Shown: positions 39,273 through 51,728, numbered from the stretch's first letter. The stretch is 64,000 nt of DNA from Tolypothrix carrinoi HA7290-LM1 (GCA_019358935.1 JAHHIK010000019.1:29845-93844); one strand, 5' to 3'. Translations and numbers: made by a program. The notes: generated by a model not told the origin, from the letters alone.

Positions 39273-42200
39273 TTAACCCGTATTTCTCATACCGGCGGCA
39301 ATACCGTTTATAGTTAACAATGCCCCTCGCAGCAACTCACCCTTACTGTAACGAGAATGAATAACCCCAGAGGTGGTATTAGTCATTGACTGCCGTAACC
39401 GTTTTATGATAGATACCTGTATAAAACCTAATGGTACAATTGTTCCATTGCGTAATTGCACTGAGCGCTGCAAAACAGGATCGCCATCCAAAAGCCGTTT
39501 GTGGTCGGTGATTTTCAGCACCAAATCTCGTGTCAGATAAAATTCGCTGGCGATTTGCTCAAACACCTTGTCAAAGCGGGCTTTATCTTCTGGTTGCGAC
39601 AATTCCTGGACGTAATGTTGCGCCATTTGAATGTCTACTTTTGCCAAGGTCATTTCTGCCTTGGAAATTACCATCTTGAAGAAGGGCCACTTGACATAAA
39701 AGTAACGCAATAATTTTAGGTGTTCTTCGGGTTCTTCATTCAAGAATTCTTGTAAAGCTGTGCCGACACCGTACCAAGAAGGCAGCAAAAATCGAGTTTG
39801 CGTCCAACTAAATACCCAAGGAATGGCTCGCAGACTGCTTAAATCTTTCTTACCAGATGGACGACGCGCTGGACGAGAGCTAATCTGCAATTGGCTAATT
39901 TCTTCTATTGGCGTTACTTGGTGGAAGAAGTCGATAAAATCGGGTTGCTCGTAAATTAAAGAGCGATAATGTGTACGCGATCGCGCTGCTAATTCTTCCA
40001 TAATCTCATTCCAGGGTTCAATATCATCAAACCCTGTCCGCAACAAGCTAGCTTGGATTACAGCTGTAGTGATGGTTTCCATATGATACAAAGCCAAATC
40101 CTGCAAAGAGTATTTGGAAGCCAAAACTTCACCCTGTTCTGTAATCTTGATGCGTCCGTTAATACTGTGACCCGGTTGCGCCAAAATAGCTTCATAAGCA
40201 GGTCCCCCACCACGTCCCACAGAACCACCGCGTCCGTGGAAAATCCGCACATTCACCCCATAATCTTCGGCTATTTTCTGCAATGATTTTTGAGCTTTGT
40301 GAATTTCCCAGTTACTACTCAAAAAACCAGAGTCTTTATTGCTGTCAGAATACCCCAGCATGACTTCTTGCAAGTTAGGGGTGAGGGGGGAGGAGGGAGA
40401 GGGGGAGGACAAGGAAGAGGGGGAGGACAAGGGAGAGGGGGAAGACAAGGAAGAGGAATTTCCCCCTTGTTGCCCTTGTTGCCCTTGTTGCCCTTGTCCC
40501 CCTTGTTCCCCTTGTCCCCCTTGTCCCCCTTGTCCCCCTTGTCCCCCTGTCTCCTTGTCCCCCTTGTCCCCTACTTCGTACCCGCCGGCTAATAAAGCGC
40601 GATATAAAGGTAGTTCAAACAGTTGACGCATGACGCTTTTTGAGCGTTGCAAGTCTTCCACCGTTTCAAATAGGGGAACTACTTGGATGCTGCCGATCGC
40701 CGTACCTGGATCGAAAAGTCTTGCTTCTTTGGCTAAAAGTAATACTTCGAGTACGTCGCTAACTTCGCGGCACATGCTAATGATATAAGTTTGGCAGATA
40801 TTGACACCAAACTCTTGTTGGAGCGATCGCGCTACGCGGAAAGTTTCAATTACATCGTTAGTTTTTTCTGAGAATGGCAATTCTGCCGGAATTAACGGAC
40901 GCCGGGTTTGCAATTCTCCTACTAACCAAGCTACTCTTTGAGCTTCTGATAGCTCGTGGTAAGATAACGGCAATAATTGCAGGTATTCGAGAATCTCATT
41001 CAGTGCATCAGCATGGCGGGATGATTCTTGTCGGATATCCAATTGCGTTAAGTCAAAGCCAAAAATTTCGACTTGACAAATTAGATTCTCTAGTTCGCGA
41101 CAGCTTAAACCTGTTTCTGTCAGGTTGTGTTGAATCAATCGCAACTCTGCTAAAAATTCCCCTCCCGAACGGTACATTGGGGCATCTTCATTTTTTGGCG
41201 TTTCTCGTTTATATAAAGCTATATTGCGATCGCGTGTATTTTCCAGCCTTTTATGCACGTAAGAAAGCTTCAGCCGATACGGTTCTTGCCGATAACGCAG
41301 CGCTAGCGCGTCATATATTTCGCTTAACTGCGATTGATCCAATTCTAGAGATTCCAGCAAGTCTGGTAAAACATCACTCCAGTGCATCGACACACTTAAT
41401 AATTCAATCAGTTGCTTGACCGACTGAATATATTTTCCTAACACCATTTTCCGTTGATAGCAAGCTGTTTGCCAGGTGGTTTCTGGTGTGACTGATGGGT
41501 TTCCATCTCTATCTGAACCTACCCAAGAACCAAATCGGCAAAAGTTTTTCCTAGGGGGTTCTAGCCAAGGAAAGGTATTAGCTAAAGCGTATTTGAAGCG
41601 TTTATACAGTTGGGGAATGCCATCAAATAAAACTTCTTGGAAGTAATGCAGCGTGTAGTCTACTTCATCGAGTACACTTGGTTTGAACTGATGCAGCTCG
41701 TCAGTACGCCACCACAGGCAAATTTCTTCTAACAATTGTTCGCGTAAATCTGCTGCTTCCCAAGGATATCCTCCAGCGGTGTTACCCACGCGGTTTTCTA
41801 TTGTATCGAGTTTTTGTAACAGGTTCACCACCTGTCGCTGTTTATCGCGGATCGTATGACGAACAATTTCTGTGGGGTGCGCTGTAAAGACTAAACGCAC
41901 ATCCAATTGAGAAATCAAACGTTGAATTTGCTGCGGTGGTACATTCAGTTTGAATAATAAAGGAAATAACGCGGCAAAAGTTCCTTTTTGTTTATCGTTA
42001 GCAGAAATACGCCAGCTTTTTGCTAGCATATCCGCTCCCAATCCGCTGTTTAGCGGTGCATCATTTTCTCCGTGGTTGGATGAAGAAGTGATGTTTGCTA
42101 GATTTTCTTGTTCTACCGAGTCGGCTTCTACTTCATAGCGAGTTAATTGCTGCCGTTGTTCGTAGTCTTGTTCGATAATATTGATCAACTGGAAATATAA

Positions 42201-42470
42201 AGCGAAGGCACGAGCTGCGCGGATGGCTTCGTTAATATTGAGTTGTTCAATCAAATTGAAGACTTCTGCTGCTTGATCGTTTCTGGCTTGTCCTTCTGGC
42301 GAACACAGATCCCGTAGCTGCCGCAATAAATCTACCATCTTTTGACCGCATTCTTGCCGCAGAACCGACTCCCACAATTCTTCAACTACTTGGAGACGAT
42401 GGCGCAAAAATAATTCGGAAGCGGGGTAGATATTTTCAGCCTGAGCCAAAGAGTATAAAACGGAACTCAT
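39273..42470 (-). CDS. ppc: Phosphoenolpyruvate carboxylase with a low-complexity insert
   Basis: [59 protein letters not shown]. Confidence 0.97.
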   Translation of the reverse strand: MSSVLYSLAQAENIYPASELFLRHRLQVVEELWESVLRQECGQKMVDLLRQLRDLCSPEGQARNDQAAEVFNLIEQLNINEAIRAARAFALYFQLINIIEQDYEQRQQLTRYEVEADSVEQENLANITSSSNHGENDAPLNSGLGADMLAKSWRISANDKQKGTFAALFPLLFKLNVPPQQIQRLISQLDVRLVFTAHPTEIVRHTIRDKQRQVVNLLQKLDTIENRVGNTAGGYPWEAADLREQLLEEICLWWRTDELHQFKPSVLDEVDYTLHYFQEVLFDGIPQLYKRFKYALANTFPWLEPPRKNFCRFGSWVGSDRDGNPSVTPETTWQTACYQRKMVLGKYIQSVKQLIELLSVSMHWSDVLPDLLESLELDQSQLSEIYDALALRYRQEPYRLKLSYVHKRLENTRDRNIALYKRETPKNEDAPMYRSGGEFLAELRLIQHNLTETGLSCRELENLICQVEIFGFDLTQLDIRQESSRHADALNEILEYLQLLPLSYHELSEAQRVAWLVGELQTRRPLIPAELPFSEKTNDVIETFRVARSLQQEFGVNICQTYIISMCREVSDVLEVLLLAKEARLFDPGTAIGSIQVVPLFETVEDLQRSKSVMRQLFELPLYRALLAGGYEVGDKGDKETGGQGGQGGQGGQGEQGGQGQQGQQGQQGGNSSSLSSPSPLSSPSSLSSPSPSSPLTPNLQEVMLGYSDSNKDSGFLSSNWEIHKAQKSLQKIAEDYGVNVRIFHGRGGSVGRGGGPAYEAILAQPGHSINGRIKITEQGEVLASKYSLQDLALYHMETITTAVIQASLLRTGFDDIEPWNEIMEELAARSRTHYRSLIYEQPDFIDFFHQVTPIEEISQLQISSRPARRPSGKKDLSSLRAIPWVFSWTQTRFLLPSWYGVGTALQEFLNEEPEEHLKLLRYFYVKWPFFKMVISKAEMTLAKVDIQMAQHYVQELSQPEDKARFDKVFEQIASEFYLTRDLVLKITDHKRLLDGDPVLQRSVQLRNGTIVPLGFIQVSIIKRLRQSMTNTTSGVIHSRYSKGELLRGALLTINGIAAGMRNTG

Positions 42471-42585
42471 ATCTTCTGTTTTAGTAGAGCCGATTACTGT
42501 TGACAATTCTTGGTTTGTAAAGTTAGCGCGTCATCATACAGCAGATCGCACTAACTTCAATTTAGGAAATTTCAGACTATAATCT

Positions 42586-42816
42586 TTAACTTCGGCTTAA
42601 CTCGTCTTCATTTGGGAAGTTGAGGATGGGTAAGCGATCGCCCCGAAAAATTTCTTCACTGGCTTGTCCCATAGCAACTAGTGCAGATTGACTTGCTTTT
42701 TGTGCTAAAAGCAGCAGTAGTATAGACGCTGTACCTGTTTGCGTCATTAAAAACTGGGGAATAGTAATTAAACCCAGATTTAATCCAGAGTTGGATGAGT
42801 AATCCATAAAAGGCAT
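42586..42816 (-). CDS. Small hypothetical protein
   Basis: GQASEEIFRGDRLPILNF motif typical of small cyanobacterial proteins. Confidence 0.6.
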   Translation of the reverse strand: MPFMDYSSNSGLNLGLITIPQFLMTQTGTASILLLLLAQKASQSALVAMGQASEEIFRGDRLPILNFPNEDELSRS

Positions 42817-43206
42817 CGGTTAGAGGTGATTATTGAAGGAATAATTGAACAAACGTAAAGTTTACGCAAAGCGTCGCTGGTAACTTCACAAAACTCTTAT
42901 TGTTTATTATGCAAGGTTATAGAGTAACAAAAGTGTTAAAAAAAAACTTCAAACTGTGATAAATCTATGGTTCTAGTTTACTGGGCATTGGGGCATTGGG
43001 TATGGGGCATTGGTAATTGGGCATCGGTAATTGGTAATTGGGCATCGGTAATTGGTAAGAAAGGAGGGGGAAAGGGGAAAGGGGAAAGGGGAAAGGGAAA
43101 AACTCTTCTTCCTTTACCCAAAACCCTTTACCCTTTTCCCCTCTTCAAAAACCCATTCCCCATTCCCCATTTTCCAACAACTAGCTTTTTGTAAAGTCTA
43201 CTGAGC

Positions 43207-46143
43207 ATGAAAACAGCATCACTAGAACGCCAGAAATCTTTAGCGCAGTGGGTCAGCCAAGCAACAGGTATCAACACTTTCGGGGTGAAAATCCAGTTGC
43301 GAGGAAACGACTTGCACATTCTTTGTGAAGGTCGAGATTGTCCTCAACGTTGGCAAACTCTGTCGGACTTGCTGCAAGCGTTACAGCAGACCGACTTGGA
43401 AATGTTGACAAAAAACCAGGAACCTGCAATATACCAAGTATTTGTTTATGGTCGCACAAAAGGAGACAAGCGACCCCAATGGTGTCATCGAGTTTATTTA
43501 AATCAACTCGACAGACATTTAGAACAGGTAAATCAAGCCCTGATTAAAGATGCGGAAAAATCCAGCATCAAGCCTGGTGGGGCGATAATTGTCTCTAATG
43601 AAAGTTTGGCACGCCAAGGACACCCAGATGCGATCGCTCGTTATCTCAGCGAAACGTTGAGTACTTTGGGTGTGTCAGTTGAAGTCAAGGTTAAGAACCA
43701 AAAGCCACAAGAAAAAAGTTCTCTAGAAGAAAATCGTCTGTGGATATTTTGTCAGTCGAGTTACAGTCCCGATCCATCTTTAATCGCCGAACCTATAGCT
43801 CAGAAACTACGGGATTTGAAGCTATTAGGCTATCAAGATGCTGTTATCGCTTCGCAAGTTGTTGGCGAAATAAAGCCGGAGTGGTTGCTGCGGATAGATT
43901 TAACGCCTCCTGAGGTAATGTTGAAAGAATGGGCACGTTGGGGAGATATACAAGCGATCGCTCTTGTTGTCGGTGCAGCTTTGTCCGAATTAAAAGTTAC
44001 GGTGCAAGCTTCTTTGAAAGAATCGACGCTACATGTATTTTGCACCTCAACCGCCGACTCAGCAATTGTCCCAGATAAAACAGCGTGCTTGAATGCAATT
44101 TTACCTCAATTAGAAGCGATCGCTCCTCAAGGAATTCTCGCTGCCACCGTTTACGGACAAAAAACCACCGGACAACAACTAGATTGGATTGATTGGCTCA
44201 ATTTACCCGCTTCTGAACATCCAGCGCTTGCTTCATCAGTTCTGGAATTAGCGAGTTCTGGTGATGAACCGGCGATTCATTTTTTACTAGAACGCTTACT
44301 GAATCCTGACTTAAATTTACGCCTGAAAACAGGTGGTATTCGCGTACTTTTGTTAAGAAAAGGTGACTTGCTACACGTTATGTGTGATGCACCTATTTGT
44401 CCCGGCAGAAAAAAAGTTGCCCCCAAAGTTACTCAGTGCGTCCGCCAGTTAAAAATACCCAATATAATCGGAGTAAGGGTGTACGGTCGGCGTGCTGGTA
44501 ATAAAGAACCTTTTTGGAATTATGGCGTTGATTTTGAGCAACGCGAACGTTTAGTACCAGAAGCTACCCCAGAATTTGCAGCCACTTCTGCCTACGTTAA
44601 CGAGCTTTTACCCTCCGAGAGTAGTGAGCCAATTTTGCGTCCCGATTTAACAACCGAGGAAGTTCAGACTTTTGTCACCGAAATAGCTCGAGATTGGGGT
44701 GCAACCGCGAGAAAAAGTCTTTTGGCAACGCAGCTATTCATAGAAAAAGATTCTACCGAGCGAAACGTTGATTACCAAGGTTTAAAAACCGCTTTGGTTT
44801 GGGGAACGCTGGGATTATTGCTTACCCTGCAAACCGATTGGATATTAGGTCAAATCGTTGCTTTGACTGCACAGAAACCAACAGTTGCTAGCGTCACGCC
44901 GAAATCGTCTTCTGTGGATGACGAAAATCAAGGTGAGAGAACTGCCTTTTTTGCGGATACTTCTGGGAAAAAATCTCAAAGCGATGCTGTATTTAACGCT
45001 TCTGGATTTATAAAAGATGATAATACGTCGTCAAGACCAAAGGCAACCGCAACGGCGATTTTATTAGCAGCGCGATCGCAAATGCCGAGTTTCAATGCCA
45101 GACAGTTAGATGAGCAACTGGCATTGTATAAACAGCGTCTCGCTAAAAATGGTACTCCCCCAAAGGTTTTAATTATTGGTTCCTCCCGCGCTTTGAGGGG
45201 AATAGATCCGGCAGCACTTGACAAAGCTTTGGCGACTCAGGGTTATCCCGATGTAGATGTATTTAATTTTGGTATAAATGGAGCCACAGCACAAGTAGTA
45301 GATTTTATCATTCGTCGAGTTTTAGAGCCATCCGAATTACCAAAAATTATTATATGGGCAGATGGTTCCCGTGCTTTTAACAGCGGTCGAGATGATGCAA
45401 CCTTTAAAGCGATCGCTGAATCAGCCGGTTATCAACAAGCAATTCAAAAAGTATTAGCTAGTAATACGAATGATGTTCAATCGGCAAGCAAAGAACAACA
45501 AAAAACAAAAGCCGAAAATCAAGATGTCAATAGCTATCAAGCTGTTAATCAATCTTTAAATGAAGCTTTAGCTAATCTTTCGGCTACATATCAACAGCGC
45601 GATCGATTCAAAGCTTTCTTGAACAAAGAATTTAAATCTTTGCCGATAATTAGTAGTTCTCAACCCGCTGCATCAGCACAAACAACTGATAACTCTGAAG
45701 AATATTCTCAGCAAGCAGTTGACTTTGATGGATTTTTACCTTTATCTATCCGCTTCAATCCTAAGAATTACTATCAAAAACATCCCAAAGTTTCCGGAAG
45801 TTACGACAACGATTACAAATCATTTCAAGTAGCAGGTGAACAAGATGCCGCCTTCCAAGCAGTGCTAGAGTTTACCCAAGCTCAAAAAATTTCCTTAGTT
45901 TTTGTAAATATGCCCTTAACGGCAGATTATCTAGACCCAGTACGCACCAAATACGAGCAAGAATTCAAACAGTATATGACAAATCAAGTAGCAAATTCTA
46001 GCTTGATTTATCGGGATTTAAGCCAACTATTTCCTCAGACGAGTAAAAACTTTTCTGACCCCAGCCATCTTAACCGCTTTGGAGCATACGAAGTCTCGAA
46101 AAAGCTGGCAAACGATCCGATGATTCCTTGGACGACGAAGTAG
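43207..46143 (+). CDS. DUF1574-like protein with C-terminal SGNH-type domain
   Basis: TM helix, then IIGSSRA, FNFGINGAT, FSDPSHLN; upstream of an MBOAT gene. Confidence 0.75.
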   Translation: MKTASLERQKSLAQWVSQATGINTFGVKIQLRGNDLHILCEGRDCPQRWQTLSDLLQALQQTDLEMLTKNQEPAIYQVFVYGRTKGDKRPQWCHRVYLNQLDRHLEQVNQALIKDAEKSSIKPGGAIIVSNESLARQGHPDAIARYLSETLSTLGVSVEVKVKNQKPQEKSSLEENRLWIFCQSSYSPDPSLIAEPIAQKLRDLKLLGYQDAVIASQVVGEIKPEWLLRIDLTPPEVMLKEWARWGDIQAIALVVGAALSELKVTVQASLKESTLHVFCTSTADSAIVPDKTACLNAILPQLEAIAPQGILAATVYGQKTTGQQLDWIDWLNLPASEHPALASSVLELASSGDEPAIHFLLERLLNPDLNLRLKTGGIRVLLLRKGDLLHVMCDAPICPGRKKVAPKVTQCVRQLKIPNIIGVRVYGRRAGNKEPFWNYGVDFEQRERLVPEATPEFAATSAYVNELLPSESSEPILRPDLTTEEVQTFVTEIARDWGATARKSLLATQLFIEKDSTERNVDYQGLKTALVWGTLGLLLTLQTDWILGQIVALTAQKPTVASVTPKSSSVDDENQGERTAFFADTSGKKSQSDAVFNASGFIKDDNTSSRPKATATAILLAARSQMPSFNARQLDEQLALYKQRLAKNGTPPKVLIIGSSRALRGIDPAALDKALATQGYPDVDVFNFGINGATAQVVDFIIRRVLEPSELPKIIIWADGSRAFNSGRDDATFKAIAESAGYQQAIQKVLASNTNDVQSASKEQQKTKAENQDVNSYQAVNQSLNEALANLSATYQQRDRFKAFLNKEFKSLPIISSSQPAASAQTTDNSEEYSQQAVDFDGFLPLSIRFNPKNYYQKHPKVSGSYDNDYKSFQVAGEQDAAFQAVLEFTQAQKISLVFVNMPLTADYLDPVRTKYEQEFKQYMTNQVANSSLIYRDLSQLFPQTSKNFSDPSHLNRFGAYEVSKKLANDPMIPWTTK

Positions 46144-46281
46144 AGACTGTCTTGACAGGGGGACAAGGGAGACAAGGGAGACAGGGGAGACAAGGGGGAG
46201 TTATTACTTCTAACTCCTCGTACAGACGTTCCAGTGGAACGTCTCTACCTAACTCTTAACTAATAACTAATGACTAATTAA

Positions 46282-47775
46282 ATGAGCTTTATATCAATTT
46301 TTTACGGGTTATTCTTGCTAAGTGTGCTGGGGATTTATTGGTCTTTAGCACAAGAAAAATTGCGGTTATGGACATTGTTAATTGCTAGCCTGGTGTTTTA
46401 CGCTTCTTTGCAAGCTCAATACATACCGCTACTTTTAGCACTAGTTTATATTAACTTTCGTCTTGGTTTGGCGTTAGGAGAAAATACTTCACCAGGAGAA
46501 CATACTCTCGATTGGCGTATTTCTGACGAAGAGTGGCAATTTGCTCAAGCAGATTGGAATCGTCACCGTTTAAAGATTTTGTGGCTGGGTGTAATTTTAA
46601 ATGTTTTGCTGCTATTAGGTTTCAAATATTTGCAACCTTTCTTTAAGTTTGTTTTCCAGTTACCTGCATCAAGTGATTCTTTTAAAGTAATTGCACCATT
46701 GGGTATTTCATTTTTTACCTTTGAGTGCATTGCATATTTAGTTGATGTTTATCGCGGTGCGCCGGCTACTGGGGAATTTATCAAGTTTGCTAGCTACAAA
46801 TTTTTCTTTGCCAAATTGATTTCTGGTCCGATTACTCGCTTTCACAAGCTAGAAAATCAATTCAGTGCGTTGAAATTTCCCACCCCTGATATTGTGGCAG
46901 AGGGATTATGGTTAATTGCTAGGGGTGCAGTCAAAAAAGGTATTTTCGCAGACCACTTGGGAATTTTTGTAGATTTATGTTTTGGTAATTTGCAAAGGGC
47001 AGGTAGTACTGATTTATGGTTAGCTATATTTGCCTACGGCTTGCAATTGTATTTAGATTTTAATGGTTATGTAGACATTGCCCGTGGTAGTGCTTTGCTT
47101 TTCGGCTTGGTTTTGCCAGAGAATTTTGACTTTCCTTATTTCAGCAGCAATATTGCTGATTTTTGGCGACGGTGGCATATGACGCTTGGCGATTGGCTGC
47201 GTAACTATATATATTTTCCTTTGGGTGGTTCTCGTCGCGGTTTAAATCGCACCTGCTTGAATTTATTTATTGTGATGTTAATTGCTGGCATTTGGCATGG
47301 TGCAGCTTTGGGTTATGTAGTTTGGGGTATTTATCATGGTTTAGCCTTGGTGGTTCATCGACTGACTGATGCAATTAGCGATCGCTTTGAAAATCTCGAA
47401 CACTTCTGGCAAAATCCCATAGGTATAGTATCAGCTTGGCTGCTGACTCAAATTATGGTTTTCACCTCTTGGATTTGGTTCCGCTTACCCAACCTCCAAG
47501 ACTCTTCTTTAGTATTTCAGCATCTTTGGGGTCATTCCGCAGACGATCAGTTTGCCGAAAAGGTTTATGTAGAAGCTTTGAATCTCAGCCAATTCCAACT
47601 CGCTTGGGTGCTAACGATTTTAGCTGCGCTTATGGCTATAGTATATGCCTTTAACCGCAACTTCAAGTTACAGTTCCATTGGCCCGTCAAGCTTTTCTTC
47701 GTGCCACTATGTCTCTACGCTGTTTGGTTATTGGCTCCTGAAGGCAGTTTGCCTTATATTTACTTTGATTTCTAG
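46282..47775 (+). CDS. MBOAT O-acyltransferase (AlgI/DltB-like)
   Basis: PLGISFFTF, LYLDFNGY.DIA, ENFDFPY, FWRRWHMTL, GIWHG. Confidence 0.92.
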   Translation: MSFISIFYGLFLLSVLGIYWSLAQEKLRLWTLLIASLVFYASLQAQYIPLLLALVYINFRLGLALGENTSPGEHTLDWRISDEEWQFAQADWNRHRLKILWLGVILNVLLLLGFKYLQPFFKFVFQLPASSDSFKVIAPLGISFFTFECIAYLVDVYRGAPATGEFIKFASYKFFFAKLISGPITRFHKLENQFSALKFPTPDIVAEGLWLIARGAVKKGIFADHLGIFVDLCFGNLQRAGSTDLWLAIFAYGLQLYLDFNGYVDIARGSALLFGLVLPENFDFPYFSSNIADFWRRWHMTLGDWLRNYIYFPLGGSRRGLNRTCLNLFIVMLIAGIWHGAALGYVVWGIYHGLALVVHRLTDAISDRFENLEHFWQNPIGIVSAWLLTQIMVFTSWIWFRLPNLQDSSLVFQHLWGHSADDQFAEKVYVEALNLSQFQLAWVLTILAALMAIVYAFNRNFKLQFHWPVKLFFVPLCLYAVWLLAPEGSLPYIYFDF

Positions 47776-47976
47776 CATCCGCTGGCTTCAGTTCTCAACC
47801 ACCTCAAAGGATGGTGTTATCCATCCTGCATCTATTTATAAGTAAAAGTTATTAAATTTATAAAATTTCTAAATAGAGATAAATGGCACAATTCCGTAAA
47901 AACATGTAAAGTATTAATACAGGCAAAAAAAAATTTGCCTCATACATTGTTCAAAATTCACAGCAATCATAAAAAA

Positions 47977-49059
47977 ATGACCACAACCTTACAAAGACGC
48001 GAGAGCGCCAGCGTATGGGAACGGTTCTGCAACTGGATCACCAGCACAGAAAACCGCCTATACATCGGCTGGTTCGGCGTATTGATGATCCCAACCCTGC
48101 TAGCCGCTACTACCTGCTTCATCATTGCGTTTATCGCAGCACCCCCAGTAGACATCGATGGTATCCGTGAGCCTGTTGCAGGTTCCTTGATTTACGGAAA
48201 CAACATCATCTCTGGTGCAGTTGTTCCTTCTTCTAACGCAATTGGTTTGCACTTCTACCCAATTTGGGAAGCTGCTTCCTTAGATGAGTGGTTGTACAAC
48301 GGTGGTCCTTACCAATTGGTAGTATTCCACTTCTTGATCGGCGTATTCTGCTACCTCGGTCGCGAATGGGAACTTTCTTACCGTTTAGGTATGCGTCCTT
48401 GGATCTGCCTAGCATTCAGCGCACCTGTAGCTGCTGCAACCGCAGTATTCTTGATCTACCCAATCGGACAAGGTTCATTCAGTGATGGTATGCCTTTGGG
48501 TATCTCCGGAACCTTCAACTTCATGATTGTGTTCCAAGCAGAACACAACATCTTGATGCACCCCTTCCACCAATTAGGTGTAGCTGGTGTATTCGGCGGA
48601 AGCTTATTCTCTGCAATGCACGGTTCACTCGTAACTTCTTCGTTGGTGCGTGAAACCACCGAAACCGAATCACAAAACTACGGTTACAAATTCGGTCAAG
48701 AAGAAGAAACCTACAACATCGTTGCAGCACACGGTTACTTCGGTCGCTTGATTTTCCAATACGCTTCATTCAACAACAGCCGTTCACTGCACTTCTTCTT
48801 GGCAGCATGGCCTGTAGTTGGTATCTGGTTCACCTCCTTGGGTGTAAGCACGATGGCGTTCAACCTGAACGGTTTCAACTTCAACCAATCAGTAATTGAT
48901 TCTAGCGGTCGTGTAATCAACACATGGGCTGACGTAATCAACCGCGCTAACCTGGGTATGGAAGTAATGCACGAGCGCAACGCTCACAACTTCCCTCTAG
49001 ATTTGGCTGCATTAGACGTAGCACCTGTAGCTCTAACAGCACCTGCTATCAACGGTTAA
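47977..49059 (+). CDS. psbA: Photosystem II D1 protein (standard, Q130)
   Basis: 360 aa; D170, E189, H332, E333, D342, A344 present; GGPYQL. Confidence 0.99.
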   Translation: MTTTLQRRESASVWERFCNWITSTENRLYIGWFGVLMIPTLLAATTCFIIAFIAAPPVDIDGIREPVAGSLIYGNNIISGAVVPSSNAIGLHFYPIWEAASLDEWLYNGGPYQLVVFHFLIGVFCYLGREWELSYRLGMRPWICLAFSAPVAAATAVFLIYPIGQGSFSDGMPLGISGTFNFMIVFQAEHNILMHPFHQLGVAGVFGGSLFSAMHGSLVTSSLVRETTETESQNYGYKFGQEEETYNIVAAHGYFGRLIFQYASFNNSRSLHFFLAAWPVVGIWFTSLGVSTMAFNLNGFNFNQSVIDSSGRVINTWADVINRANLGMEVMHERNAHNFPLDLAALDVAPVALTAPAING

Positions 49060-49101
49060 TCTTTAATGTAAAGACGTTCCGGTGGAACGTCTGTACAAAT
49101 T

Positions 49102-49136
49102 AAAAAGCGCCTTCCGGATTTCGGGGGGCGCTTTTT
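49102..49136 (+). terminator. Rho-independent terminator
   Basis: AAAAAGCGCCTTCCG-GATTT-CGGGGGGCGCTTTTT. Confidence 0.85.
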
Positions 49137-49188
49137 AGTATGATTTCGTAAGCGCTGAAATAAGCTTGTGGTAGTTGATGCGTTATTA

Positions 49189-49944
49189 ATGACAATGACT
49201 AAACCCTTACTGCCATCTATGGCAGACATTTGGCAGCAAACTCTAAATTGGCAACCTACTACCCAACAGCAAAAGCAATTCCAGCAGCTTTATGAATTAA
49301 TTTTAGAAGGGAACCGCCAGTTAAATTTAACTCGCATCATCGACCCCGAAGAGTTTTGGGAAAAACATCTTTGGGATTCCTTACGGGGAATTGCCCCTTT
49401 GTTATCGAGTGAAATAGACATTTCTGTGTCCTCTGCTTCTCCCGCTTTTATTGATATTGGTACAGGTGCGGGTTTTCCGGGTATTCCTGTCGGATGTGCG
49501 ATCGCTAAAAGTCAAATTACTCTTTTAGATTCAACTCGAAAAAAAATTACTTTTATTGAACAAATATTAAGCGAACTTTCTTTAAGCAACGTTAAAACTC
49601 TTGTTGGTAGAGCTGAAGAAATAGGTCAGCAACCCCAGCATCGAGAACGTTACGATCTAGCCTTAATCCGCGCTGTAGGCACAGGATCTGCTTGTGCGGA
49701 ATATACTTTACCATTGTTGAAAAACAAAGGTTTAGCGGTAATTTACCGGGGTAATTGGACACAAGACGAAACAACAGCTTTGGAGAATGCTGTAGATCAG
49801 TTGGGTGGCATTATTGAATTAATTGAAAAATTTACAACTCCCTTAAGTAATAGCATTCGTCACTGCTTGTACTTGCGGAAGGTGAGTAATACGCCAGCTA
49901 AATTTCCCCGCGCTGTTGGTGTACCGACTCAAAAGCCGCTTTAG
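49189..49944 (+). CDS. rsmG: 16S rRNA m7G527 methyltransferase
   Basis: LNLTRI, KHLWDSL, DIGTGAGFPG, LDSTRKK, GRAEE, RAV. Confidence 0.93.
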   Translation: MTMTKPLLPSMADIWQQTLNWQPTTQQQKQFQQLYELILEGNRQLNLTRIIDPEEFWEKHLWDSLRGIAPLLSSEIDISVSSASPAFIDIGTGAGFPGIPVGCAIAKSQITLLDSTRKKITFIEQILSELSLSNVKTLVGRAEEIGQQPQHRERYDLALIRAVGTGSACAEYTLPLLKNKGLAVIYRGNWTQDETTALENAVDQLGGIIELIEKFTTPLSNSIRHCLYLRKVSNTPAKFPRAVGVPTQKPL

Positions 49945-50152
49945 GGGATGGGGGGAGGGGGGGATGGGGGGAGGGGGGGACAAGGAGACAAGGGGACAAG
50001 GAGGCAGGGGGGAACAAGGGAGACAAGGGAGACAAGGGGGAAAAGGAGGTAAGAAACAAATTCCTATCTCTCCCTTGTCCTCCCCCTCTCCCTTGTCTCT
50101 CTTGTCCCCTTGTCTCCCCCATCTCCCCCTCCCCCCATCCCCCCCTGCTTCC

Positions 50153-50920
50153 CTAAGCGGTTTTACTGGCTGCTGCGAAGCGTTTATTAATCTCGTCCCA
50201 ATTTAAGACGTTCCACCAAGCATCTAAGTAGTCGGCGCGGCGGTTTTGGTACTTAAGGTAATATGCGTGTTCCCAGACATCATTACCCATAATTGGATAT
50301 TTGCCTTCAATGAGGGGATTGTCTTGATTAGGTGTATTCGTCACCTCCAGCTTGCCATTTTTGTTGCGGACAAGCCAAACCCAACCGCTACCAAAACGAT
50401 TAGCACCAGCTTCGTTAAACTGCTTTTTGAAAGCAGCGAAACTACCGAAACTTTGATTAATGGCTGCTGCGATCGCTCCTGTTGGTTCTCCCCCACCAAG
50501 CGGTTTCATAATTTGCCAAAACATTGAATGGTTCACATGTCCACCACCATTGTTACGTACCATTTTGCGAATATCTGCCGGCACGCTGTTGAGGTTGCGT
50601 AACATTTGTTCAACAGTTTTGCTTTTGAGTTCTGGGTGTTTATCTAACGCTGCATTCAGGTTTTTCACATAAGCTGCGTGGTGTTTATCGTGGTGAAACT
50701 GCATTGTTGCTTGATCGATGTGTGGTTCAAGCGCATCGTAAGCATAAGGTAACGGAGGAACTGAGTATGTGCCTTGTGTTTCCTTAGTTCCCCCCGTATT
50801 GCCGGCTGGAGTAGTTTGGCTAAGAGTAGGAGCTTTTTCTGCCGAAGCGCAACTATCTAAGGCAAAAGCACCGGCAGTAGCTGCAAGTAAAAACAAGAAA
50901 TGGCGACGATCAATAGTCAT
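50153..50920 (-). CDS. sodA: Mn superoxide dismutase with Tat/lipoprotein signal
   Basis: RRHFL and [27 protein letters not shown]. Confidence 0.9.
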   Translation of the reverse strand: MTIDRRHFLFLLAATAGAFALDSCASAEKAPTLSQTTPAGNTGGTKETQGTYSVPPLPYAYDALEPHIDQATMQFHHDKHHAAYVKNLNAALDKHPELKSKTVEQMLRNLNSVPADIRKMVRNNGGGHVNHSMFWQIMKPLGGGEPTGAIAAAINQSFGSFAAFKKQFNEAGANRFGSGWVWLVRNKNGKLEVTNTPNQDNPLIEGKYPIMGNDVWEHAYYLKYQNRRADYLDAWWNVLNWDEINKRFAAASKTA

Positions 50921-51094
50921 GACAGTTTACAGAGTGCGTAAATTAAATTTGTTGGTAATTTTTATTGTCTTAGATTCAGGTGACTAAAAAAGGATGAAGG
51001 ATGAAAAAACCATAAAAAAGTTTCAGCCTAATAATAGTTAGACCGCAAGGTAATTGGTAGTATTGACAGTAGTTTGAAACCTTCTCATCGGTGT

Positions 51095-51679
51095 TCAAGA
51101 TGATGCAAGTATTGCATTGATATGTCGCCGCACGAGGTATTGTTGTTGATCTGCGGAGAACTGCTCAGGACAAATGACAACACCAGTGCCAATGCCATCC
51201 ACTAGGGCGATGAGTGCATTGGCTTCGAGGGTTAAATCAAGATCGGCTCGAATCAGCAAGGCTTTTTGTAAGTCAGCTAACTCTTGACAAATAATCTGCC
51301 GTAAGAAGTCATAGCGTTTTCGGTGCTCCTGAACTAGGTGTTCGCGCCCGATAGAATAGCCCAAAAACGCCACCCAAACCTTCCAATCAGCTCTGTCACT
51401 GACCTTTAGAGGTAAAGCCGAAAAAATCATCTGCTCTAGCCTGTCAATTCCTTGCCACCCCTTGGCACAGGCTTTCATGTCCTCTAGGACGTTTTCAAAC
51501 ACTCGTTCCAGGGCAAATAGGGTGAGTTCTTCTTTATCTCGAAAGTAGTGGGTGACAACCCCAGTCGAGGAGCCAAGTTCTTGCGCGATCGCCCTCATGC
51601 TGGCGCGATCCAATCCTTCGCGGACAATCACCCGCCATGCCGCTTTACCGACTTCAATACGGCGATCGTCATAACTCAT
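51095..51679 (-). CDS. TetR-family regulator (BetI-like C-terminus)
   Basis: GLDRASMRAIAQELGSSTGVVTHYFRDKEEL. Confidence 0.9.
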   Translation of the reverse strand: MSYDDRRIEVGKAAWRVIVREGLDRASMRAIAQELGSSTGVVTHYFRDKEELTLFALERVFENVLEDMKACAKGWQGIDRLEQMIFSALPLKVSDRADWKVWVAFLGYSIGREHLVQEHRKRYDFLRQIICQELADLQKALLIRADLDLTLEANALIALVDGIGTGVVICPEQFSADQQQYLVRRHINAILASS

Positions 51680-51728
51680 AGCTCTCCTCGGTTTGCAGCA
51701 ACATGAAATCATTATCTTGACATATTAT

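Noticed and set aside
47977..49059. Atypical (rogue or far-red) D1
   Set aside because: All Mn-cluster ligands are present; standard Q130 form
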